DNA from: Octopus bimaculoides
Lineage: Eukaryota
NCBI RefSeq assembly: GCF_001194135.2
Contig: NC_068981.1
Span: forward strand, 167,094,254 to 167,158,253
DNA: 64,000 bases
Reading direction: 5' to 3'
The first letter of the stretch is position 1; each line of letters starts with the position of its first letter. The position numbers were made by a program, and so were the translations under genes. The notes beneath the pieces were generated by a model, which had not been told where the DNA came from, did no database searches, and saw nothing but the letters and a program-made list of their open reading frames with translations. Positions 12,029 to 24,600 of this stretch are shown piece after piece.

Positions 12029-15000
12029 AGGAAAAAATAAGTTCAAAAGAGAACAATTCAAACTTTTTGAAAGGTCCAACAAGAGAGAAAGAATGATTTC
12101 TAATAAAGATTCATCATATTTATAGAAAACAGCCAGAGCAAGTAATAAGAATATGAAAATAGTAGTTGGAAAATATCATTATAGATATAGATATATCATA
12201 AACAATTAAAGAAAAAAGGAGGAGAAAAAGATGTTGAATTAGATTTAATACAAAATAGGATTCAATACATACGCACGTTTTAAAGGACAATACAAATATG
12301 TAGGAAAAAATTATAACCATAGTAATTATAATTAAATTTATGCATTGTCATTTTCATCAGTGTGAGGAATTTTTGTATGGACATCAAAAAAGGTTTAATA
12401 AAATAAAGTAAATTAAATTTAATAAGGGAGATTACAAATGGGGTAATACGGAAAAAAAATTGGATATTTACAAGCAAGTTGTAAAAAGAGAAAAAATAAC
12501 AGTAATAATGACAGTAAGAGAGACGAAAGAGAAAAAAAGACAGACATATCAATGTGTATGCACGTCTATATGTGTGGTAAACTATAACATAAAAATAAGA
12601 ATAAAAAACTAACGGATATGTTTAAAAAAATGGTAACAGGTTGAGACAAAATATAATAAACACGGCGACGTGTGTATAATAGAATATAACGTAACAGGTG
12701 GACTAGTAGAAAAAAAACCCATAAAGAGTTATACATATACATATTAAAATTGAAAAATGAATATATATATATATATATATTTTACAAGAGGCTAAAAAGT
12801 GATAGGTAAAACTATGTTTGAAAAAAGTTACAATATTAAAGTGAAAATGTACATACATGCAGAGAAAAAAACCAAAGAGAACTTAAGGAAAAAGCATCGA
12901 TCAGACAAGACTGGCTGGTGTATTCAAGATAGTTTGCTTTATTTTATTAAACCTTTTTTAATATCCTTACAAAAATTCCTCACACTGATGAAAACGACAC
13001 TGCATAAATTGAATAATTTTTATGGTTATAATTTTTTCTTATATATTTGTATTGTCCTTTGAAACGTGCATATGTATTGAATCCTATTTTGAATTAAATC
13101 TAATTTTGATTCAACATCTTTTTCTCCTCCTTTTTTCTATAATTGTTTATAGTATATTTATACCTCTAACGATATTTTTCAACTATATATATATATACCC
13201 GGTGCATAAGATGTACCCGGTGCAATAAGATGTACCCGGTGCAAGCTATGGACAATAAGATGTACCCGGTGCAAGCTATGGACACATAAGAGGTGCAGCA
13301 ACATCAAAGGCAGGTTAACTAGCAAGTTAGTTTTTGTTTGTGGCAGATGTTCAGGTGCAATAAAGACTGCAAACAAACAGGAAACAACTTCTATCTCATT
13401 CCAGGGTGAAAAACTAGAGGTAGTCGATAGCTTCCGCTATCTGGGCGACCAAGTTAGTAGTGGGGGTGGGTGCGCTGAAAGTGTAGCTGCTAGAATAAGA
13501 ATAGCCTGGGCAAAGTTTAGNNNNNNNNNNNNNNNNNNNNNNNNNNNNNNNNNNNNNNNNNNNNNNNNNNNNNNNNNNNNNNNNNNNNNNNNNNNNNNNA
13601 TATATATATATATATATAATGAGCTCACTTAGGCATAGTGATACTAATACAACACCCACTTTTAAGTGGGAATAAATGTTACCTTTTGATATTAATACTG
13701 CTTCTATCAGTATTAATTACTTTTTAATAAGTCCACTGGCTATTTGTGACACCAGTGCCTGATGAGGTACTGAAATTGTATGTATATTGTTGATAGAAGA
13801 ATCACTGCTATCTCTTTTGGGTGTCTACCAGTGACGAGGCCAAGGAAGGCCAAAATCATGAGATCTGGTAGTCCTGGTGGTGATGGTGGATGATAATCTT
13901 CCACTAATGATATAAGCAAGAGTGCTTATATGCACCACAAGTCCATATGAGAAGTTCTTTCATGGTAACTATCACAGAATTCTGTGTTCTAATACAACAT
14001 CCACTTTTAAATGGGGATTAGTATTACCTTGTGATAATAATACAGCTTCTGTTGCTATTGATTATACTAATAACTAGTTGTCAGAATTCGATATACATAT
14101 GCATTAGAATAAAATGTTAGGTGAGTACAGAGCATAATATAAATGACTGAATGACATAATCAACTTCATTAGCTTATAGCTGTTTCTGCTACTGAGGTCA
14201 ATGTCAGGAAAATCCTGCAACTTGTATCATGCAGTCCAGTACTACTTGTTTCAGGGTCAGGTGGTTGGCAACTAAACCAGCTCTCCTCACCTGGTTTGTC
14301 AGGATTGATAGGTGAGGTGGGTGTGTCATGGATACTCAGCATGATTGCAAACAAGACCTGTCAAAGCTCATTGTGAGTCCATTCATATATGTGGTGTCTT
14401 GTAAAAACATCTTGTATTTGGGTTGGAAGGCCATGCAGTTAGACCACGACCAGAGCCACAAAAACTCCAATGATAGACATACTGTACTCTCAAGTTGAAG
14501 CTGATTTCCATGAATGTTGTGAATGTAGAGCGAGAAGTTTCTGCTATAAGACGCGGTGCACTCAGAACTGAGTGCTTGTGCAACATCTTATAGCAGAAAC
14601 AGCAGTAAGCTAATGCAGTTGACTATATAATCCCTGTTTCCTTGTCATTCAATAATATATATATATATATATATATATAGACAAAACTTACTTGGAAAAG
14701 GATGTGTGGCGTTTGATCATATAACAATATAAATAATATATAAATATATGCATATATACATACATATATGTACATACTTACATATATATGCATATATACA
14801 TGCATATATGGGTACAGGACATCAAAAAAACATTAAACACAATGAGAAACGAAAACATAGAAAACGAACTTTTTTCGAACAACGAAAAAAACAAACAGAG
14901 AAACGAGACATGCAACATAAAGAATACACCCCTTCTTCAGTTATCTCTGTTTCATCTACTCCGCGTTTCAAAGGTAAGGACAATATGCGACTTTGTTGAA

Positions 15001-16634
15001 ACAGTCCTTCCCGCAAAGCAAATTAAATAAAATTTGGGATTTTTTGCGGAGGGTGAAAGTGTTAACAAGAACATGACAGTGAGAACAAGACAGTAAAAAC
15101 AAACGGTGAGGGCTGTTGAGCCAAGACGATGGAAAAATTATTATGAACACAAGGAGAATGANNNNNNNNNNNNNNNNNNNNNNNNNNNNNNNNNNNNNNN
15201 NNNNNNNNNNNNNNNNNNNNNNNNNNNNNNNNNNNNNNNNNNNNNNNNNNNNNNNNNNNNNNNNNNNNNNNNNNNNNNNNNNNNNNNNNNNNNNNNNNNN
15301 NNNNNNNNNNNNNNNNNNNNNNNNNNNNNNNNNNNNNNNNNNNNNNNNNNNNNNNNNNNNNNNNNNNNNNNNNNNNNNNNNNNNNNNNNNNNNNNNNNNN
15401 NNNNNNNNNNNNNNNNNNNNNNNNNNNNNNNNNNNNNNNNNNNNNNNNNNNNNNNNNNNNNNNNNNNNNNNNNNNNNNNNNNNNNNNNNNNNNNNNNNNN
15501 NNNNNNNNNNNNNNNNNNNNNNNNNNNNNNNNNNNNNNNNNNNNNNNNNNNNNNNNNNNNNNNNNNNNNNNNNNNNNNNNNNNNNNNNNNNNNNNNNNNN
15601 NNNNNNNNNNNNNNNNNNNNNNNNNNNNNNNNNNNNNNNNNTATATATATATATATATATATATGATATGTATGTTTGGATTTTCTTTACCTCTTGATCA
15701 ATAACTCCACCTGCTGATGAATAAGAATCCTTTTTCTGTTCAAAAAGTGCAAATTGTTTGGCAGCTTCTTGCTGTATTCCTTGTTTGTATAAATAGAGGG
15801 CATAATTCAAGCAAATGGTGAGGTCATCTCTGGAAGAGGAAGAAGGAGGAAAGGAATATTAAATTTTTGTTGAATGTAAAAACTACAGACATGCATCCTT
15901 AGGCTTACACACACATGTATGCACACTCTTATGCACATGTGTGTATACATATACTCTTTTACTTGTTTGATTCTGAACCATATGGTACAATCCCAGTGTG
16001 TGGAATCTTAGGTGGAGGTATGTTGCTTAGTGGTTAGGGTATTGGACTCATGATTGTAAGATTGTTGCTTTAGTTCCAGGACCATGCAACACATGCTCTT
16101 GGACAAAACACTTCATTTCCCATTGCTCCAGTCCACTCAGCTGGCAAAAATGAGTAATCCTGCAATGGACTGGCATCCTGTTCAGGTGGGAAATTTATAG
16201 GTCATGGAAACTGGCCCTTATGAGTCAGCATGACTTGAGGAGATAACTTTATTTTTACCTTTGTGGCATCTTGGGAAAGTGTCTTCTACTATGGCCTTGA
16301 GGAGCCTTGTGAGTGAATTTGATAGATAGAAAATGAAAAGCTCACCACGTGTGTGTGTGTGTGTGTGTGTGTGTTTGCATGTGTAGCCTTACGCTTGACA
16401 TCATGTGATGCTTGTAAATGAGCATCACTGTCACACAAATCATGTTGCTCATTTCCAGTCTTCCATGTCTGGCTATGGGGAAATATTGCTTTACTTTGAA
16501 ACAGGTGAGGGCTGGTGACAGGAAGAGCATCTGGCCATAAGAAAAACTGCCTAAAAAATTCTTTCTAACCCATTCAGGTAGGGGAAAGTGGATGTTAAAT
16601 GATAATGAAGATGACAATGACAATGATGGTGATG

Positions 16635-16677
<43 letters not shown>

Positions 16678-18831
16678 CTAATAATACACACTCAGAAATA
16701 AAGATTAAGTCAGAAGGAAATTGAATTATGTCTAGAAATAACTAAAAGTTATATATATATACATACAGACACATGTACCCATGCTGGTGACATGTTAAAG
16801 GCTCTTGTGCCAGTGACACATTAAAGACATTCAGTACACTCTATGGAGTGGTTGGCATTAGGAAGGGCATCTAGCCATAGAAACCAAGCCAAAACAGACT
16901 AGAGTCTGTTAGCTCTCTGGCTTACCAATTCCAGTCAAACCATCTAACCCATGTCAGCATGGAAAATGGATGCTAAGTGGTGATGATGATGATGATGATG
17001 ATATCAGACAAGTAGGCAGTGGGAACAAAGATATTTTTGAGGCTTCCACCTTAATTAACTGGTAAGATAAACGATAGGAAATGTTCTGCCTCTTCACACC
17101 TGCACATGGGGAGTGAGGGAGGAGACTTCCTCCTTGCTCCCCATGTTAAGCATCTGATAGTAGATTCAACACAACAATAGCATACTCATTCACTACAGTC
17201 ACCATATGTCATTTCATTTGTGTGTACCTTCCTGTACATGTACGCTGGTGTGAAAATGTGTGTGTTATGAATATCTATATGTGTATTTGTAATTATGCAT
17301 GAGCCTGCATCTCATTATGTGTTTTTTAAGTGCATGTGTGTCAACTTTATCAGCAGACGTGTTTTCTTACACTATTAACTTGATAATTCAACTTCAAGGG
17401 TGATCTAGTGACACAGTATCTCAAATTATACCTAAAATATTCATTGAAAGTTCAAGCTTAGTACACAATGCCCAAAATTTGAAAGGTGAGAAAAAAAACC
17501 CCAAACCCTCAAGAAAATGCTGCAATATAAATATCCAAACTTTTTATTTTAATTTTATCAGGTCCACACCTGTTGGTTGGATGAATTAATGAATAAATTA
17601 CAACATCTGGTGTGCTACAATTGCCAACATTTAAGATGAGAACCATTTTAATGCAAACAGAAGATAAGAGAAGGCATGATAGAATGGTTAAAAAGTTTGT
17701 TTTACAATCACATGGCTTTAGATTCTGTTCCTACTATGCAGGACCTTCAGCAAGGCAACAATCTTCTTTGTTTAGTGCGTCCTTTTAGGGGACGCCTAAA
17801 ATATGTTACATGTTTAATTCGTTAGTAATGAATAACTACAATGACACAGAGAGTTCATGATGCATTCAACAAAAGATTTATTGTAACACAGTGAAAATGT
17901 ACACATACAAATGGAAATTCAATTCAAATGTATTCATACAAGTGGAAACACAATTCAAACAAATGTGTTCATACTAAGAACAGTTAATGGTCAAGTTGTA
18001 AACATTAACCCTAGGAACAATTGAATACTGGTTGCAATTCACTTAAGAATTTGTTGAGTGCGTGTTGCCAGACTTCAGGTCAACACAACAAGCTAACACT
18101 AGAATAAGTCAATTGAAAGGTCAAACTCCAGTGTTTGACCTGAGTCAAAAAAAAATTTTAAAAGAGTGCAATAGGTGTAAAACAATATGTAGTGAACGAA
18201 TATGAAAAAAAAATGCATGCTGCCGAACGGAGGGCAGGGGAGAGGACTCGGAAAATTCACACAATCCGAAAACTCAATGTTAACAGAGTCCTCTCCCCCA
18301 CTCCCCGTTCACCAGCATGCATTTTTTTCATATTCATTTACTACATGTTTTACACCTATTGCACTATTTTTTTTTTTGCTTGGGTCAAACACTGGAGTTT
18401 GACCAAAACGCGACTGGTTTGAACCTGGAGAAAACTGTCTTTATAGCAATGCCATTCAGAGATAACTCAGGTAAATAAACCTAATCACATTAATGGTGTC
18501 ACCGGTCTTCACACATGCCTATATTTGTATATAAGTATATGTGTGTATGTCTTTGTGTTTGTGCTTGAACCTCTCACTGCTTGACAACAGGTGTTAGTTT
18601 GTCTTTTATCTTTTACCTGTTTTAGCCTCTAGACTTTGACCATGCTGGGGCATTACCTTGAATCTTTAGTCAAATGAATTGACTCCCAGTACTTCTTTTT
18701 TTAAACTCAGTACTTATTCTATTGGGCTCCTCTGCCGAACCACTAAGTTACAGGGATGCAAACACACCAACACTGGTTGTCAAGTACTGGTAGTGAGACA
18801 AACACAGACACAAAAACACACACATACACGT

Positions 18832-18887
<56 letters not shown>

Positions 18888-19546
18888 TTGTTTTGCAAGA
18901 TTTTTTATGTGAAATCGTGTGTTGAAANNNNNNNNNNNNNNNNNNNNNNNNNNNNNNNNNNNNNNNNNNNNNNNNNNNNNNNNNNNNNNNNNNNNNNNNN
19001 NNNNNNNNNNNNNNNNNNNNNNNNNNNNNNNNNNNNNNNNNNNNNNNNNNNNNNNNNNNNNNNNNNNNNNNNNNNNNNNNNNNNNNNNNNNNNNNNNNNN
19101 NNNNNNNNNNNNNNNNNNNNNNNNNNNNNNNNNNNNNNNNNNNNNNNNNNNNNNNNNNNNNNNNNNNNNNNNNNNNNNNNNNNNNNNNNNNNNNNNNNNN
19201 NNNNNNNNNNNNNNNNNNNNNNNNNNNNNNNNNNNNNNNNNNNNNNNNNNNNNNNNNNNNNNNNNNNNNNNNNNNNNNNNNNNNNNNNNNNNNNNNNNNN
19301 NNNNNNNNNNNNNNNNNNNNNNNNNNNNNNNNNNNNNNNNNNNNNNNNNNNNNNNNNNNNNNNNNNNNNNNNNNNNNNNNNNNNNNNNNNNNNNNNNNNN
19401 NNNNNNNNNNNNNNNNNNNNNNNNNNNNNNNNNNNNNNNNNNNNNNNNNNNNNNNNNNNNNNNNNNNNNNNNNNNNNNNNNNNNNNNNNNNNNNNNNNNN
19501 NNNNNNNNNNNNNNNNNNNNNNNNNNNNNNNNNNNNNNNNNNNNNN

Positions 19547-19590
<44 letters not shown>

Positions 19591-21627
19591 CAATTCATTC
19601 TAGAATCAATAAATATATATAGTTTTAAATCTCTAAAATGTCTAAAAAGTAAGGTAAAATAAAGTATACAGGCATATGCAATGATATAAACTTCAGAAAT
19701 ATCATGAATGTTTAAAATATTTCATCATCATCATCATCATCGTTTAACGTCCGCTTTCCATGCTAGCATGGGTTGGACGATTTGACTGAGGACTGGTGAA
19801 ACCAGATGGCTACACCAGGCTCCAATCTGATTTGGCAGAGTTTCTACAGCTGGATGCCCTTCCTAACGCTAACCACTCTGAGAATGTAGTGGGTGCTTTT
19901 ACGTTCCACCAGCACAAGGGCCAGTCAGGCAGAACTGGCAACGGCCACACTCAAAATGGAGTATTTTATGTGCCACCTGCACAGTCCAGCGGCACTGGCA
20001 ACGATCTCGCTCAAATGACTTTTCACGTGCCAGGAAGGTGACGCTGGTAACGATCACACTTGAACGGTGCTCTTAGTGCTCCACTGGTACAGGTGTCATC
20101 ACGATTTCACTTTCGCTTGCCCCAACAGGTCTTCGCAAGCCGAGTTTAGTGTCCAATCAAGGAGAGGTTGGCATGGGGGCCACTCATCGAATTTAGTTCG
20201 ATTTCGATTTTGATTTCACTTGCCTCATACCCTAAACCTGGGACACAGCTTGGTGTACACAATTCTTATATAAAGAGGAATACTTTTATGAGGCTTGTTT
20301 CCCCCCATCTTTGATCTATCTGGCTTTTGCCCCCACTTGAGATCAGCCCTAAATATGTATGGGAAGTAGCTGTGAAAAGTATGGAAGTCCCTGATCAACC
20401 ACTTGTTATATCTTTTATTTTTTTACTAGCTTCAGTCATAAGACTGTGGCCAGGCTGGAGCAACACCTTGAAGAATTTTTAGTCAAATGAATCAACCCCA
20501 GTACAGTTTCTTTTTAAAGCCTGGTACTTATTCTATCGGTTTCTTTTGATGAACCTCTAAGTTATGGGGACATAAACAAGCTAACACTAGTTGTCAAGCA
20601 ATGGTGTGGGACAAATACAGGCACAAACACACATACATGCATATGTGCATGTACACACTCACCCCCACACTTGCACCTTTGTAGATGATATTAAGTTACA
20701 TGCCGAGTCCAAGATACTGCTTCAAAAATCTTTTCCAGGTTGCCAAAGCCTTATAGTTGTGGCATCAGTATGGCACTTGGATTTAATAAATTCACCTGTG
20801 CCACTTTCAAAAGGGGAAGGTTGACTATATTTATTAACACCCACAGTCTGACATTTCAAAGAAATGGAAGTAGATATGTCATGTAGAAATCTGATAATTA
20901 ACTGGGATCAACCGATTCTGCATGCAAGAATGAAGAAAATAATCTGGAAGGAATGCACCCACTGGACTAGAATGACCCTGAAAAAATAAAAAATAGGGAA
21001 CTCAACTCAGATCATAAGATGAAAGAGCACTTAACACTGTAGCAGTTCCTGCAGCAAATTATGGATTCAGTATGGAAGACATAACTTGCTGCTATGGAAT
21101 AAGCAAATAACAAAAACAAATTAAATGCAAAATCCGCATCATCATATCATCATCATCGCTATCGTTGATGTCATCATCATCATTGTTGTCATCATCATCG
21201 TTGTCATCGTCATCATCATCATCATCTGCTAATGTTCATCATCAGCATCAACATTAGCATCAATGTCAGCATGAGCATGGGTTGGATGGTTTTGCAGGAT
21301 CCAATAGGATCAAGGACTGCATTGTGAACCAATGTCTACTTCAGCTGGAGTTTTACTCCTGGATACCCTTCCTGACATCAGCTGACCAAAGGAAAGTATT
21401 GACTGAATTTAGACTACATCTTCCAAAAGTTGACAAGTATCACATTTATACAGTTCTATATTTAAGAGATGAGGAATTATGTACATTGTTTACATTTGAT
21501 GGATATTTATCCTCATCCTGCTTGTTGTCAACACAACATTCCAGCTGATACACCCTCCAGCCCCCACCAGGTGTCCTGGGGAAACTTCGAACCTGGATTC
21601 TCATTCCTAAGGTATTTTTCAATGTTG

Positions 21628-21671
<44 letters not shown>

Positions 21672-24600
21672 AATCTTAGGAATGAGAACCCAGGCTCGAA
21701 ACCTCCCCAAGACAACCGATGAAGGCTGGAGGGTACATCAGCTGAAATGCTGCGCTAACAACAAACAAGATAAGGACAAATATATCCGTCAATTGTAAAT
21801 AATGTAAATAATGTATGACATTTATGTTCCAAGACAGAATGAAAAGAAGCTACCATGCTACCATGCTAGCAATGTCCATAATCCCCAAACTGAAAGCTCC
21901 CTGGAATGCACAGTCCAGTTTATTCTAGATTCTTCTAAGGTGGTGAGCTGGCAGAAATGTTAGCATGCCAGGTGAAATGCTTAGCGGTATTTCGTCTGTC
22001 TTTACGTTCTGAGTTCAAATTCTGCTGAGGTTGACTTTGCCTTTCATCCTTTTGGGGTCGATAAATTAGGTACCAGTTGTGTACTGGGGTCGATCTAATT
22101 GACTGGCCTCCTCCCCCAAAATTTCGGGTCTTGTGTCTAGAGTAGAAAAGAATATCTAGATTCTTCTACAGAATTTCATTACTTTTTCCCACACTTATTG
22201 ACTACATGAGNNNNNNNNNNNNNNNNATACATTATTATCCAATTAGCAGAAAAGTCTGAATACCTAGCAACAATCCTGATACCAGGTGCCCAATCCTGGC
22301 CTTTGCTTGACTCAGGACTGTAGTTCCATCAAAGAGTTGAGGAACAATTTTGTCTTACAAAAGTCTACAACTCCTGTTCCCTATCATTGTATCTCTATAG
22401 TAGGAGTAAGTCTTCTATACATGCATGTAAAAGTACCTGTCCTGGTGCTACATAAAAATAAAAAAAAATCCTATATCAGCACCACATAAAAGCAATCATG
22501 CTTGTGCCACATTAAAAACTCCCAGTTACACACTGTAAAGTGGTTTGTGTTAGGAAGCACATTCAGCCATAGAAATCAAACCAAATCAGACTGGAACCAG
22601 GCACAGCTCTCCTGCCTGCCAGCTCTGATCAAACCATCCAACCCACACCAGCATGGAGAATGGACATAAAATGATGATGATGACGATTACCATTTTGGTG
22701 CAGTATAATTCTAGATTCAAATTCTGAAACAGCCTTAGATTATTTTCTTCTTTCAGAGATATTATGTGCTCATGATCTCTGAGTAAAACCTTCCATCTTT
22801 AGAATATACATAATTTTGATTTTCTATACACAAAAAAAAAAATATTTTCTTCTTACATAATTATTCCATTGCCTGAGTGTCTGCGAATCTGCCTGTATGC
22901 ATTAAACAAGAACACATGGCTTTTCTATTTCTTTTTTCTTATCCAGTCATTGAGTTTACAAAATGTCATTCTTCTTCTTCTTCTTCCTCCTCTTCCTTTT
23001 CTTCTTCTTCTTCTTCTTCTTCTTCTTCTTCTTCTTCTATTCCTAAGCTTGTTTCATGCATTAGACAGGGCCATACTGGAGCACTGCCTTGAAGGGTTTT
23101 AGTCACTGAAATCAACAGTGGTTCTTTGTTTTGTTAAGTTTGGTACTTGTAGTAGTCTTACTTTTTTTGTTTTTGCTTAACCAATAATTCTTGAAGATGT
23201 AAACTAGCCAACGCTGGTTGTTAAGCAGACAGACAGACAGACACGCACACACACACACACACATACATGTGTGTGTGTGTGTGCATGTCTGAGCATGTGT
23301 GTGCATTTGTGTGTGTGCATGCGTGAGTGAGTGTTATTTTAACAAAGAAAAGGTTGACAGTAACTTTGAAGTTTCAGCTTAGTCTCCCTTGTCTGTAAAA
23401 GACTTTTCCAAGCCTAAAACTCAAAATGCATTGAGTGATCCTTGAATTAAAGCTCCATTGATTTNNNNNNNNNNNNNNNNNNNNNNNNNNNNNNNNNNNN
23501 NNNNNNNNNNNNNNNNNNNNNNNNNNNNNNNNNNNNNNNNNNNNNNNNNNNNNNNNNNNNNNNNNNNNNNNNNNNNNNNNNNNNNNNNATATATATATAT
23601 ATATATATAGGGCATCCAGCTGTAGAAACTCTGCCAAATTAGATTGGAGCCTGGTGTAGCCATCTGGTTGCACCAGTCCTCAGTCAAATCGTCCAACCCA
23701 TGCTAGCATGGAAAGCGGATGTTAAACGATGATAATGATGATGATGATGATATATATATATACATACATATACATATATATGCACATATACATACATATA
23801 GACATAATTAAAGGATAAAATCATTAAAATAAATGAATTTTATCAGTGGCCAGCATATAAAAACTACCTGAATAGTTTTATACAATTTTGGTCAGTAGAC
23901 TTTTCCCTATTTCAACCTGTGTATATTATAAGGTGATGATTCAGAGTGGCTGGATGTAATTGGTGCCTATTTCCAGCATATAGACATGGTAGCTTCTGTA
24001 CCCTTAATTATAGTTGTATCCTATAAAATTTATATATCTCTAAATATATAAACATACATATATATCTATCAATAGATAGATACATACATATGTACGTATG
24101 TATTTGCATATATATGCTTATATATATATCTATATGCATATATATATATGTGTGTATGTCATAAGATCTGCAAATCTAATGGAGGCTTCAAAAGACATCT
24201 TAAGATCCACAATATATCATCATCATCTTCACCATTTAATGTCCATTCTCTACGCTGGCATGGGTTGGACAGTTTGACTGGGCTGGCACACTGCAAGGCT
24301 GCATCAGGATCCATAGTTTTCTACAGCTGGATGTCCTTCCCAATGCCGACCATTCCAAGACTGTAATGTGTGCTTTTATGTGCCACCAGCACGGGTGCCA
24401 GTTGCATGACACCGGTATCTGCCATAATTGCAGTTTTGCTTGACTTGATGGGTCTTCTACACAAGCACGATATAATGCCAAATGTCTTGCTCGTTGCCTC
24501 CATGAAGTCCAACACTCGAAAGGAGCTAGGCCACTTTGCGCCCATGAGACCCGATGCTCAAAAGGAATTCAGCCACCTTGCTACCTTGAGGTCCACTTGA

